Shown here: piece after piece, positions 8,430 through 17,727 of the stretch
Position numbering within the stretch: the stretch's first letter is position 1
How the letters are laid out: each line of letters starts with the position of its first letter
IMG/VR virus record: IMGVR_UViG_2563366944_000002
Span: 1-20,260 of that record
Direction: 5' to 3' (one strand)
From: a virus
Taxonomy: Duplodnaviria > Heunggongvirae > Uroviricota > Caudoviricetes
DNA length: 20,260 nt
Position numbers and translations under genes: made by a program
Notes under the pieces: model-generated
What the model saw: only the letters and a program-made list of their open reading frames with translations
Told to the model about the DNA's origin: nothing
Database searches by the model: none

Positions 8430-9176
8430 TTAGCCACCCGGCACATTATTAACGGTAATTTCAGCCACCGCAGCAAACTGACCATTACCGGAAATCACAG
8501 GGATGCTGACTTTTCCATCCTTAACCCCCGTCACAGTAATCGTCATATCTTTCACGCTAATGGTGGCTTTTGATGGATCGGCGGAAATCGCCCTGAATGT
8601 CTTATCCGTTGCATTTTCCGGTTCCACAGTAACGGTCAGGGTGGTTGTTTTCCCTTTTTCAACCGTACCTGTCGGCGTTACCTTAATCGCAGTGACCGGC
8701 GTAATTTTGCTGCGTTCTTCCGCTACAGAAGGTTTACCCACGTTAGTGACTTTCACCGTGCGGGTGATCACTTCTTTCGCCGTCACGGCCTTACCGATAC
8801 TGCTGACCCAGCCACGAAACACATCCACCGTGCCATTCGGAAAACGGATTTTATAGGCCCGGACATCGCCGCTTTCAAACCAGCCTATAAGCCCTTTCTG
8901 ACCTTCCTCTCCCGGTTTCCAGGCCAGCGTAAAACTGGTATCACCTGCAGATTTCTGTCCCTGCCCGGTCGCGGTCCAGTCCGCGTCTTCATCATCCAGG
9001 TAGTTATCATCGTAGGATTCAGCCGTCATCTCGCCCGGCGTCAGATCCTTCACCTTAGCCAGTCGCTGCCAGTCATCGTCTGACAACGGGTTTGCATAAG
9101 CATCAGCCTTGCCGTTGTAAACCCACAGAGTGGTACCGGCACCTTTTACCGGCTCCAGGGGATTTGGTGTTGCCAT
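8430..9176 (-). CDS. V: Major tail tube protein V, with C-terminal Ig-like domain
   Basis: 248-aa ORF ...[49 protein letters not shown]..., near-identical in pattern to lambda gpV; the C-terminal [12 protein letters not shown]...[10 protein letters not shown] segment looks like the Ig-like domain. Confidence 0.92.
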   Translation of the reverse strand: MATPNPLEPVKGAGTTLWVYNGKADAYANPLSDDDWQRLAKVKDLTPGEMTAESYDDNYLDDEDADWTATGQGQKSAGDTSFTLAWKPGEEGQKGLIGWFESGDVRAYKIRFPNGTVDVFRGWVSSIGKAVTAKEVITRTVKVTNVGKPSVAEERSKITPVTAIKVTPTGTVEKGKTTTLTVTVEPENATDKTFRAISADPSKATISVKDMTITVTGVKDGKVSIPVISGNGQFAAVAEITVNNVPGG

Positions 9177-9183
9177 ATCGTCC

Positions 9184-9582
9184 TCACATCTCGTAGGTAA
9201 TTTTCCACAGGAGATCTGCCGATCCCCACATCATAAACTCATCATCCCGGCGGTAGTCATACCCCTGAAGATTCATCTTCAGCAGTAACGCACTGAGGCC
9301 GGGAACCGCCTCCAGCGCAGGAAGGATTTTCTCTTCCATCCACATATCCAGTGCCGAGTCCGGTTCTTTTGCCCTGAGAAAAACTTCAATATGCAGTGTC
9401 GCCTCCCAGGTCCCCTCATCAACGAACTCGTCAGCAGCAGACGCATCAGTCAGGTAAACAGCAACAGCAGGCAGTTCCTGTTCATCAATAAAAACCGGGC
9501 GGCCGTCAAACCAGCTCACCCGCTCAGAAATATTGTCTTTCAGGGCAGACAGAACTGCCGCCCGTATTTCACGGTGTTTCAT
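9184..9582 (-). CDS. U: Tail terminator protein U
   Basis: 132-aa [19 protein letters not shown]...[26 protein letters not shown], which aligns with remembered lambda gpU (…[26 protein letters not shown]). Confidence 0.9.
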   Translation of the reverse strand: MKHREIRAAVLSALKDNISERVSWFDGRPVFIDEQELPAVAVYLTDASAADEFVDEGTWEATLHIEVFLRAKEPDSALDMWMEEKILPALEAVPGLSALLLKMNLQGYDYRRDDEFMMWGSADLLWKITYEM

Positions 9583-9594
9583 ACACCCTCCCTG

Positions 9595-10224
9595 TCATTT
9601 TCTTTTCAGCACCAGGCGTAACTGATGCGTCATGGCTTTCATCATCTGCACTGGTAATTTTTCCCGGTACATCCGGTCCCGTTCACGTTCAAAGGTTTCT
9701 GCCAGCGGTCCGGCAGTCGGAATTTTCACCACTTCAATTGGCAGACGGTGGCGTTTCGGCCTCCCTTTGCTGTCAGCGCCGGTGGACGATGGTGCCCACG
9801 GCATACGCTGCATCACATGCCAGCGTCCGTTAGCCAGCCGGGTGATAAAGGCGTCCGGGATCCGTCTTTTCCCCACAATCAGCACACTGCCTCCCCCTTT
9901 CAGGGCCGCACGCTGTCCTTTCTTTCTCCGTTTTCTGCGGGAAAGTCGAACGCGGGCCTCCCCCAGTTTGATGGCAGGCAGGTTGCCGGTATTGATGTAA
10001 ACCTTTGCATAAACCTTATCCGGTCGTGCCGGACTTAACCGGATGCGGGCACGGATAAGACGGCGGGGAACGGCCAGCTCCCTGGCAACTGAAGTGGCCG
10101 TTTTCGCAATGATGGCCCCCGCCACGCGGTTCAGTGTCGTGGCAGAGGCCCGGGGAACGGCACGGCGGTCAATTGCATCCAGATTTTTCATGGCCTGCGC
10201 CAGACCTTTTATTGCCATGCTCAT
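9595..10224 (-). CDS. Z: Tail completion protein Z
   Basis: 209-aa ORF with SRRKRRKKGQRAALKGGGSVLIVGKRRIPDAFITRLANGRWHVMQR and C-terminal HQLRLVLKRK, matching lambda gpZ as remembered. Confidence 0.9.
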   Translation of the reverse strand: MSMAIKGLAQAMKNLDAIDRRAVPRASATTLNRVAGAIIAKTATSVARELAVPRRLIRARIRLSPARPDKVYAKVYINTGNLPAIKLGEARVRLSRRKRRKKGQRAALKGGGSVLIVGKRRIPDAFITRLANGRWHVMQRMPWAPSSTGADSKGRPKRHRLPIEVVKIPTAGPLAETFERERDRMYREKLPVQMMKAMTHQLRLVLKRK

Positions 10225-10502
10225 TCCTGTTCGACAAAAATCCGGGGTTTACCGTTGTACGTGTCATAACGGGTCACCGTCAGTGTACGGCCCTCAAACA
10301 CAACAACATCATGACGGGCCGGACGGTACCGGGCTGAAAACACCACCAGTGACAACTGGCTGCCCGAAAGCGCCCCCATCTCCGCGGACTCTTCCTCAGG
10401 CATCACGTCATACACGACGCCGTTAATCTCCGCTTGTTTGCCCATCACCCGAACGGTCGCCCCGTCCATCCGGCAACACATTCGCGTAAACAGATCAGAC
10501 AT
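10221..10502 (-). CDS. Small head-tail joining or head completion protein, in the FII-equivalent position but not lambda-FII-like
   Basis: 93-aa ORF, translationally coupled to Z (4-bp overlap) and to the upstream ORF (8-bp overlap). Function is inferred from synteny only. Confidence 0.5.
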   Translation of the reverse strand: MSDLFTRMCCRMDGATVRVMGKQAEINGVVYDVMPEEESAEMGALSGSQLSLVVFSARYRPARHDVVVFEGRTLTVTRYDTYNGKPRIFVEQE

Positions 10503-10821
10503 TGATTTTTACCGCCACAGTGGCGCTGTTTGCAGGAGCATTTTCCCAGGCTACCCCCGCGGCCACCGCACCCTCTGCAGCCAGCTGCACAACCCCGTCC
10601 TTCAGATAAACCACCGCGCCGGACTGAATGTCGTCAGCAGACTGTTTGGGCAGAAGGAACACGCCTTCGGCAAAACCGTCACCGGCATCACCGGCAGGAA
10701 TATCGGTAATGGCCACGGCCACCATACTGCCGACCACCACCGCCGCACCGCTCAGGATGGTCTGATCTCCGGCATTCACCAGTTCAATGGAGGTACCGTC
10801 CTGTACAAAATTTTTCGCCAT
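10495..10821 (-). CDS. Small Gly/Ala/Val-rich capsid-associated protein (possible decoration or cement protein, DUF2190-like)
   Basis: 108-aa ORF MAKNFVQDGTSIELVNAGDQ..., immediately after the major capsid gene, with a GGAG RBS 9 nt upstream. The family assignment is from memory of similar prophage proteins, not a search. Confidence 0.5.
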   Translation of the reverse strand: MAKNFVQDGTSIELVNAGDQTILSGAAVVVGSMVAVAITDIPAGDAGDGFAEGVFLLPKQSADDIQSGAVVYLKDGVVQLAAEGAVAAGVAWENAPANSATVAVKINV

Positions 10822-10837
10822 AATGCTGTTTCTCCGG

Positions 10838-10886
10838 ACAGCCCCTGTGGGGCTGTTTTTCAGGCATAAAAAAAGCCCTTTCGGGC
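10838..10886 (-). terminator. Two stem-loops between the major capsid gene and the next gene; the upstream one is a weak terminator or attenuator
   Basis: On the minus strand: GCCC-GAAA-GGGC followed by U7 (10868-10886), then ACAGCCCC-ACA-GGGGCTGT (10838-10856) directly before the RBS of the 108-aa ORF. Confidence 0.35.
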
Positions 10887-10908
10887 AGTGATTGTGATAA
10901 CTCGGTTA

Positions 10909-12888
10909 TCAGGCCACCGACGAACGCACCAGCCCGCGCCAGTCAAGTGGTGCCACTCCGGCATCAATACGGATTTTTGTGGCAATGCCGTCAGTGGTGA
11001 AACCTTCCTGCTGATCAATGTATGGAGTGTCCACACCATCCAGCCAGGCCACTTCAATGGTGTCAGTGCCCTGTGCCGCCGCCAGATACCAGGTTTTCGG
11101 ATCTGCCGCATCAAGACGCGCTTCTGCAATCACCTCAGCAAAGTTCTGGATGGGGTTAATGACACCGGCGTTTGCATCCGCCCCTTTCACACTGGCCGAT
11201 TTGATGGTCTGGTTCGCCACCGTCTCCAGTGCCACCGGTACCAGCATAAAGGCCGGACGGATATTCAGGGCGCGATCGCCTTCTTTCTGCAGGCGCATCA
11301 TCTGACGGGCCGCATCCAGTCCGGAAACGGAAATCCCACCGGTAGCAATATTTTTGTGATCGGCATGGAACAGCGCCTTACCGTCTGACAGTTTCGGGTT
11401 ATCCGTCAGCACCTTGTAAACCAGGTCACCAATCGTTGCCTTCGCCGCACGCCCCATCTTCATCGGCACGTCCACCAGCATATTCAGATCATCATTGATA
11501 ATGGCCTGGCGGGTGATGGAGAAAATCTCCCCGTAAGTGGCCAGTGCAATGGTCTCCTTGCGATCTGAGGTGGTGATGTATTTATACTCCGCCCCCTCAC
11601 GAACCTGGCGCAGAGAACCAAAACCGCCCATCCCCACGCGATACGCTGTTTTGAAGTCTGACAGGCGTCCCTTACGGGTCCACTTCTGGAAGGTTTCTTC
11701 TGATTCCTCCCAGCCCTGGATCAGCCCCTTGTTCGACACATCCAGCAGAATATTGCCAAAATCAGAGGTGCTGTGCGTCAGCGCCAGCCCGACCATCTGC
11801 ATGGGGTTATAACTGGCCACCCCAATACCGCGCTCCGTCAGTGACATGCGAGCCCATTCACGCAGGGTCATCCCGTTATAGGCGTTATCCTTCTCGACAT
11901 TTTCAAATCCGGCACGGGCCAGCATCGCCTGGCGGATCCCGTCCCCCACAAAATTGCCGTTTCCGGCATAAATATGGGCCGGTGTGTTTTTGTTGGTCGG
12001 CGATGACTCCTTGCCCATTTCATTCAGCAGACGTTCACGGGCCATTTCCAGCGAACAGTCAGGATCAGCCACACACTGCGCCTGAAGCGCCTGATAGCGA
12101 CCGCCAAACATGGCAAACAGATCGTTAATGCCTGACATGCGGGCTTTCTGCTCAGCCATAACGCGGGCGCGAATGGTCGCCTCATCAGACACTGCCGGTA
12201 CCGGTGATGGTTCTGTTACCGCCGGTGCAGGGATTGTCACTGTGGTATCACGCGGGGCACTGTTGTATGGCTGCGTGATCATATTTCGGATGGATTCCGG
12301 CATCTTTTTAAATTCCTCTGTACGTTTTGACTGAATACATGCCATTGCCTTAACGGCTGGCGTCACCTGGTCTGCAAATCCGTGTGCCAGACACTCGGCA
12401 CCGGACATCCAGGTCTCATCCGCCAGCATGGCGGCAATTTCATCGGTAGTTTTTCCGGTTTTCTGCGCATATACCGGCACCATAACCGACTCAAGTTTGT
12501 CCAGACGTTCGGCATAAGTGCGCATTTTCTCCGCATCACCACCGCTGATCCCCCAGGGTTTATGGATCATCATGAAGGCATTTTCCGGCATAATGACCGT
12601 GTCACCGGCCATCGCAATCAGGGATGCCATCGAGGCGGCAACGCCATCCACATACACGGTAATGGCCGCACCGTGATTTTTCAGGGCATTAAAAATGGCG
12701 ATGCCTTCAAAAACATCGCCACCCGGTGAGTTGATGTGGAGATTAATGTGGGTGATATCACCCATGGCATTCATATCGCTGACAAACTGCTTCGCGGTAA
12801 CTCCCCAGAAACCAATATCGTCATAAATATAAATATCCGCCTCACCCTGACCACCCGCCTGCATCCTGAACCAGGATTTATTCTTCAT
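10909..12888 (-). CDS. Prohead protease (ClpP / S14-like) fused to HK97-fold major capsid protein
   Basis: The N-terminus MKNKSWFRMQAGGQGEADIYIYDDIG, ClpP-like serine motif GVAASMASLIAMAGD and MIHKPWG are followed by a long C-terminal capsid-like domain. The track ORF extends to 13080, but that start would overlap the portal by ~200 nt; the ATG at 12888 overlaps only the last portal codons. No obvious Shine-Dalgarno, so the start is uncertain. Confidence 0.8.
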   Translation of the reverse strand: MKNKSWFRMQAGGQGEADIYIYDDIGFWGVTAKQFVSDMNAMGDITHINLHINSPGGDVFEGIAIFNALKNHGAAITVYVDGVAASMASLIAMAGDTVIMPENAFMMIHKPWGISGGDAEKMRTYAERLDKLESVMVPVYAQKTGKTTDEIAAMLADETWMSGAECLAHGFADQVTPAVKAMACIQSKRTEEFKKMPESIRNMITQPYNSAPRDTTVTIPAPAVTEPSPVPAVSDEATIRARVMAEQKARMSGINDLFAMFGGRYQALQAQCVADPDCSLEMARERLLNEMGKESSPTNKNTPAHIYAGNGNFVGDGIRQAMLARAGFENVEKDNAYNGMTLREWARMSLTERGIGVASYNPMQMVGLALTHSTSDFGNILLDVSNKGLIQGWEESEETFQKWTRKGRLSDFKTAYRVGMGGFGSLRQVREGAEYKYITTSDRKETIALATYGEIFSITRQAIINDDLNMLVDVPMKMGRAAKATIGDLVYKVLTDNPKLSDGKALFHADHKNIATGGISVSGLDAARQMMRLQKEGDRALNIRPAFMLVPVALETVANQTIKSASVKGADANAGVINPIQNFAEVIAEARLDAADPKTWYLAAAQGTDTIEVAWLDGVDTPYIDQQEGFTTDGIATKIRIDAGVAPLDWRGLVRSSVA

Positions 12889-14380
12889 GCTGGCTGTCGG
12901 TGGCCTGCTGACGCTGTTGTTCAGTTCCGGCACTGTTGCCTCCTTTGTCGTTGACGGGGTCAGTATCAAAGACCAGCCCCAGTCTGCTGTTTTCATCAAT
13001 TTCAGCCTTGCGGCGACGTTTGACCTCATCCGGATTGCGCCCGCCGGCACGCACCCAGTCAGATTCTGTCGCTGCACCACCCCGGATCTGAATTCTCCAG
13101 GCTTCAGCTTCCTTAACCGGGTCGATCCACGGCATCACCGGACCGGAATACGTCGCGTTATATAGCGTTTTCATCTCCACATCCGCCGGAATTTTCAGCA
13201 GACCTGCCGCAACCACCATATTCAGCCATGTCCGGTACACCGGGCGGGTTACCGCGCCAATAAAACAGTCCTGCAGGATCAGGTAACCATCCGTGGACTC
13301 GACCAGCTCCTGCCGCTGGGCACTGTAGGTGCCGTTATAGTTACGCGCCGCACTGGAAAAACTCAGACGACTGCCCGCTGCCACTGCACGCAACTGGCCG
13401 TTGCGGAAAGTTTCAAGGTTGGGATTGGGACGGTCTGATTTGACCATGCCGATATCCTCGCCCTTGCGCAAATCGTCATAAATAATACCCGGGGTGATAT
13501 GGACTTCCCGGTCGGTATCTTTGATCCCCGGATCTTCATAGTCCTGTCCGTCCCCTTTACGGATATACAGTCCCAGCGCCGCGGCAATACGCGCAGCCGT
13601 CAGTTCCGCATCCTCATATTCCTTAAGGGCACTGATCCGCATCAGCACCCCCGATAACATGGATGAGCCTCGCGTCTGATGCAGACGGCGTATGAACTTC
13701 AGGTGGATCATTTTTCCGGCAGCGATTTCTTTCGTATCACTCTGCCGACCGCTGACCGGATAATTTTTATAAACCAGATATTTTTTCGGTCTTCCCCACT
13801 CATCAAGAAAAACCCCCTGATTCAGCCCGGCGGATTCATCAGTGCGCATGGGAACAAAATCCGGCTCCATCGCCTCAAGCCAGAATGGCACTCCCGCCGT
13901 CCGTTCCAGACCGTTTCCCGCACCACTGACCATCTGCGCAAACACTTCACCATCCCGCAGCCAGGTCCGCAGCAGTAAACGTTCAAGCACGGGACGGGTA
14001 TACTGCCCTGTCACATCCGGACTCACGGACCATTCAGCCCACAACCGACGGATATCCGCAGCCAGCTCTGCCGCCATTTCCCCGTTTTTTCGTAATGGCT
14101 GAGGCTCCACAATAATTCCCCTGGCACCAATCACCCGCTCTTCCAGCTTGTCAAACACACCAATCACCAGGTCATGATTGATATCCAGAAAACGGGCCTG
14201 CTCCCGCAGGGAAACCGCACCGTATTTACTGAGCTGATCAGCAGAGCGATTTTCCCGCCGGGCTTTATGTGTCCGGGTCGGTTTCACCGCCTCATAGGCC
14301 ATGATTAACGCCCTTGAACGCAGTCTGGCTGCTTTCCACCCGGGGGAAAACACGCCTATCACATCATCAATAATTGCCAT
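12878..14380 (-). CDS. B: Portal protein
   Basis: 500-aa ORF between the W-like and capsid genes; its start overlaps the W-like stop (TAATG). Size and position match lambda gpB. Confidence 0.88.
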   Translation of the reverse strand: MAIIDDVIGVFSPGWKAARLRSRALIMAYEAVKPTRTHKARRENRSADQLSKYGAVSLREQARFLDINHDLVIGVFDKLEERVIGARGIIVEPQPLRKNGEMAAELAADIRRLWAEWSVSPDVTGQYTRPVLERLLLRTWLRDGEVFAQMVSGAGNGLERTAGVPFWLEAMEPDFVPMRTDESAGLNQGVFLDEWGRPKKYLVYKNYPVSGRQSDTKEIAAGKMIHLKFIRRLHQTRGSSMLSGVLMRISALKEYEDAELTAARIAAALGLYIRKGDGQDYEDPGIKDTDREVHITPGIIYDDLRKGEDIGMVKSDRPNPNLETFRNGQLRAVAAGSRLSFSSAARNYNGTYSAQRQELVESTDGYLILQDCFIGAVTRPVYRTWLNMVVAAGLLKIPADVEMKTLYNATYSGPVMPWIDPVKEAEAWRIQIRGGAATESDWVRAGGRNPDEVKRRRKAEIDENSRLGLVFDTDPVNDKGGNSAGTEQQRQQATDSQHEE

Positions 14381-14616
14381 TAAAACCTCGCCAGTTTAAA
14401 TCCTGGTTTTCCCCGCCTGCGGCTCACCATCGCGGCAAGCCTGCGTTCCCACTCCTGACGTCCGGCGCGGATCTGAGAAAGGCTTTCCAGCGTCAGTTGC
14501 TGTCCGTTGAAGGTGACAGACTTCCCCTCCAGTACGGCCATTTCCGCTTCACGGTACCGCTGTATCATTTCTCTGGCTTCTTCTGTGCTCACAACCAGCC
14601 TCCTGATGTTATCCAT
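14380..14616 (-). CDS. W: Head-tail connector / head completion protein, gpW-like
   Basis: 78-aa ORF with C-terminal RRRGKPGF, matching the lambda gpW C-terminus (…QRRRGPAGFYV as remembered); sits between terminase large subunit and portal as in lambda (A-W-B). Confidence 0.7.
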   Translation of the reverse strand: MDNIRRLVVSTEEAREMIQRYREAEMAVLEGKSVTFNGQQLTLESLSQIRAGRQEWERRLAAMVSRRRGKPGFKLARF

Positions 14617-16712
14617 GGATTATCTTCCGCACGCTCCGTCCGCAGTTTTTTCTTCCGGCGACGGCGTTTTTCTGCCCCGGCCGTCAGTTCCGGGGATACC
14701 GTTTCACCAGAACGCTCCTGCGGGAAGACGAGCCACGTTTCCCGCTGTGCCCAGTCCGGTGCGGAGGGCCAGCGGATCTTTTCGTAACCATGCAGAACGG
14801 CAAGCGCATCCGCATAAACCAGCAGGTCAAACGCCTCGTTAGCTCCCCTGCCCGGTTTTCGCCATTTTCCGTCACTGCCGCGCTCTTCATAGGTCAGCTC
14901 ATCGTAAAACCATCGCCCCAGCCAGTCGGGAAAGTGGATATAGTTCGGCCCTGGTGTGTCACGCCACAGGGCATTATTTACACGGTCCTTAAACGCATCC
15001 GTCTGAACCAGCCACAGCGCGACATCGCCACTGGCTCTGGCACGGCGGGCACTTCTGCCGGTATTATCCGGGAAGGTACGGTTAATCAGCCTGTCACGGC
15101 GAAGTCCATCCCCCTTGAACAGAAACACCCTGTTGCCCAGTCCGTCACTCCGGCAACGACGCCAGAAACGATAGGCGTTATCTGTCACCCCGGCTTCCCC
15201 TCCCGTATCCACCGCCATGGCCATCAGACGCATGCGCACATCCGGATCAGAAGCCAGCGGCCATGTTTTATGGAACACATCCGTCAGCAACAAATCCCAG
15301 TCCTCCGGATATGCCGCCGGATCAACCGGCAGACTTTCACCGTTGGGACTGCAGCGCAGTGAATGCCGGATGTTATAGCGATCAACAATCCAGCGTTCCC
15401 CCTGCTCTCCGTATCCGGTGATCTGCACAACAAAACGGCGATTTTTACCGCCCTGTACGTCAACCGTTGCCTCAATAAAACGCACACCATCCGGCACAGA
15501 TCGCCGGGGAAACGGCTCGGCACGCTGTTCAAGCAGTTCACTTTTACGCTGTTCCGTGGCTGAACGGGGCAGATAGGGGCGTCCGATATCGGTGTTCACC
15601 ACCGCTTTCAGGGTCTCTTCACTGCCGGTTCGCTCATACTCTTCTTCTGCCGCCAGCAGTTTAAAAATCAGTTGTTCCCAGGTCTGAAACGCCGCAGCCG
15701 GCCCCTCCATCCAGAATGACGCAATCCGGGAATTTCGTGGCGTTCCGGTGATACTGCCGTCCGCCACCGCCCGTTCACCTTCACGAAGCCAGATCCCTTT
15801 GTTATTCAGTTCGCGTTTCTGCTCAGGGGCAATCAGCCCGCGACAATGCGGACACATCAGACGGGCAGCCTGACCGGCAGCCACAAAATCCGGGTTATTC
15901 CGGTATCCGGTCATGTTATCCATCACCGGCTGAAAATATTCCCCGCAGTGCGGACACGGCCAGTACCACCGGCGGCGGTCTCCCCGGTTATACAGTGACA
16001 GGATCCCCGTTGTTGGCGGTGCCTCATGTGCGCCGCCACAGCGCCATTTGGTGTCAGTGATATCCCGCCCCGGCGAACTCTCGACCAGGGTCATCCCCGA
16101 GGACATAAAGGTGGTGGTACGCTTTGATGCCAGGGTGAAGGCATCCCCTTCCCCGTCCACGTTTTCAGGGAAACGGTCATAATCCGTCAGCGCCACACGA
16201 CGGTAATCCGAAGAAGAAAATACAGTGATCGACGGCCAGCCAATCTTCAGGAAGGAGCCGTCAAGAAACATTTTATCGTGGACGTTGTTGTCATTACGGG
16301 AAGGACTGAGACGCTTACTGACCTCCGGGCTGTGACGAAACGTTCTGGAAAGACGCGTTCTGGAGTGTTCCCGCGCCTTCGTCTCGGTCATTTGCACCAC
16401 CAGCATATCCGCCGGATCACAGATGATGCCGTACACAATCCAGCCGTCAATCAGCCCTTCGGTTTTCCCGGTTCGCGCAGGTCCCACAAACACCACCGCG
16501 TCATATTCACGGGCTGATAATGTATTAATAGGGTCAATCATATAGGGCGTCAGCGATGACTCCCACGGACCGGAAGTATTGGCTCCCCGTGGTACCCGCA
16601 TATAACGCCTGATGGCTTCCGCTACTGGTAACCGGCTGGGCGGGCGAAACAGCGAGGCCACTTCGCGCCAGATATCGGATGCGCGGCTATGGCTCTCGTT
16701 CACCTGATTCAC
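14589..16712 (-). CDS. A: Terminase large subunit (gpA family)
   Basis: 707-aa ORF with a Walker-A-like VFVGPARTGKT and overall gpA-like architecture; start overlaps the small-subunit stop (ATGA). Confidence 0.9.
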   Translation of the reverse strand: MNQVNESHSRASDIWREVASLFRPPSRLPVAEAIRRYMRVPRGANTSGPWESSLTPYMIDPINTLSAREYDAVVFVGPARTGKTEGLIDGWIVYGIICDPADMLVVQMTETKAREHSRTRLSRTFRHSPEVSKRLSPSRNDNNVHDKMFLDGSFLKIGWPSITVFSSSDYRRVALTDYDRFPENVDGEGDAFTLASKRTTTFMSSGMTLVESSPGRDITDTKWRCGGAHEAPPTTGILSLYNRGDRRRWYWPCPHCGEYFQPVMDNMTGYRNNPDFVAAGQAARLMCPHCRGLIAPEQKRELNNKGIWLREGERAVADGSITGTPRNSRIASFWMEGPAAAFQTWEQLIFKLLAAEEEYERTGSEETLKAVVNTDIGRPYLPRSATEQRKSELLEQRAEPFPRRSVPDGVRFIEATVDVQGGKNRRFVVQITGYGEQGERWIVDRYNIRHSLRCSPNGESLPVDPAAYPEDWDLLLTDVFHKTWPLASDPDVRMRLMAMAVDTGGEAGVTDNAYRFWRRCRSDGLGNRVFLFKGDGLRRDRLINRTFPDNTGRSARRARASGDVALWLVQTDAFKDRVNNALWRDTPGPNYIHFPDWLGRWFYDELTYEERGSDGKWRKPGRGANEAFDLLVYADALAVLHGYEKIRWPSAPDWAQRETWLVFPQERSGETVSPELTAGAEKRRRRKKKLRTERAEDNPWITSGGWL

Positions 16713-17185
16713 ATATCGGCCTCATCACAACAGTCAATGACTGCCTTTTCCAGTGTGTCGCGGATCTCATCAACCACAATCTGTACTTCATTCAGTTGTG
16801 ATGCGGTCCACCCTCTGTCCCTTTCCAGCCGGTCAGGCCAGGTTTCCAGTACCTGAACTATCGCTTTCACCACGACAGAAAAGGACCGCCTGACATCACT
16901 GACAGGCACAAGCTGAACAGTTTCATGCTGAAATTTAAGACGCTCGCGCTCGGACTGATACCATGCCTTCCGATCATGTGGGTTCATCTCTTCATCTTCG
17001 GAAGTCGGTGGTTTTTCCAGCAACGAAATAATCAAATCCGTCAGGAGATACAGTTTTTTCTTTTCATTACTGCCTGGTGCAAGAGGAACATCCGCCATTC
17101 TGGCGGCAACAGTCTGCCGGTGCAGACCTGAAAGGGCTGCCAGTTGATTAATATTTAACTTCATATTTTTCAGCTCGCCGTCCAT
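16709..17185 (-). CDS. Nu1: Terminase small subunit (Nu1-like, N-terminal HTH)
   Basis: 158-aa ORF with an N-terminal helix-turn-helix (LNINQLAALSGLHRQTVAARMADVPL) and acidic C-terminus, ~200 bp downstream of the putative cosN as in lambda. Confidence 0.75.
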   Translation of the reverse strand: MDGELKNMKLNINQLAALSGLHRQTVAARMADVPLAPGSNEKKKLYLLTDLIISLLEKPPTSEDEEMNPHDRKAWYQSERERLKFQHETVQLVPVSDVRRSFSVVVKAIVQVLETWPDRLERDRGWTASQLNEVQIVVDEIRDTLEKAVIDCCDEADM

Positions 17186-17430
17186 TTACATCCCTCCACA
17201 TAAACCGCTGAACAAAAGTGGCTCTTTTTTTGTAAAGAAATGCCGCCATATAAAGATGTCGAACAAAAATCAACCGCAATCATCATCTTTTTAATGCTAA
17301 ACACATTAAAAACAATAAGTTACCATTATGATGATGATGACGATAAAATCACAAAAATGCGCCTTTTTCCGCGCCGCCCGCCCCGTGTACAGCCCCACCC
17401 CACCGGGAGGACCCGTCAGCCAGACATAAA
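17186..17430 (-). other. cos region: candidate cosN (~17369-17388) plus an AT-rich cosB-like segment with inverted ATC/GAT triplet repeats
   Basis: The minus strand reads ACGGGGCGGGCGGCGCGGAAAAAGGCGCATTTTTGTG, similar to the lambda cos junction (ACGGGGCGGCGACCTCGCGGGTTTTCGC). AATCATCATC (17278-17287) and GATGATGATGA (17330-17340) form an inverted repeat around AT-rich DNA. Confidence 0.45.
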
Positions 17431-17453
17431 AAAACCGCCATGATGAGGCGGTT
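17426..17453 (-). terminator. Rho-independent terminator ending the lysis-proximal transcript before cos
   Basis: On the minus strand: stem AACCGCC / GGCGGTT with a 7-nt loop, followed by a U7 tract (plus-strand A run 17428-17434); 20 bp downstream of the 70-aa ORF stop. Confidence 0.5.
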
Positions 17454-17473
17454 TAATAATCACAGGTATCAGG

Positions 17474-17686
17474 TTACTGCTCACTCCATACAAAATCATC
17501 GCTTCCCTTTCGATAAGAGCCGTAATGCACTTCATATCCATCGCCAACCATTTTTGCTTTTGTCTCGGCAACCTCTTTTGTTGCATAGACGCCTACAAGA
17601 TGCCATGGCGATCCTTTAACAACAGCCCATCCTTTAACCCAACCTTTGTTGATTGGATCTGGCTCTAATCCTTCCGCAATAAACAT
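17474..17686 (-). CDS. Hypothetical small protein (70 aa), cargo gene between Rz and cos
   Basis: Strong RBS (AGGAG, 6-nt spacer) before the ATG at 17686; AT-rich relative to structural genes; hydrophilic, Trp/Gly-rich. Not recognised. Confidence 0.6.
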   Translation of the reverse strand: MFIAEGLEPDPINKGWVKGWAVVKGSPWHLVGVYATKEVAETKAKMVGDGYEVHYGSYRKGSDDFVWSEQ

Positions 17687-17727
17687 AATTATCTCCTTTT
17701 TGGGTACCCGGAGACATTCTATGTCAT

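Noticed and set aside
7285-8433. 382-aa plus-strand ORF
   Set aside because: Antisense to H, G-T and G; no start context; the minus-strand genes are securely identified.
12888-13080. Longer start (ATG at 13080) for the protease-capsid ORF
   Set aside because: It would overlap the 3' end of the portal gene by about 200 nt. The ATG at 12888 gives the N-terminus typical of phage ClpP-like proteases and overlaps only the last portal codons.
17328-17340. (ATG)4 trinucleotide run as a possible start-codon cluster or microsatellite gene feature
   Set aside because: It lies in the non-coding cos region with no RBS or downstream ORF, and is better explained as one arm of an inverted repeat (ATCATCATC / GATGATGAT), probably a protein-binding site.
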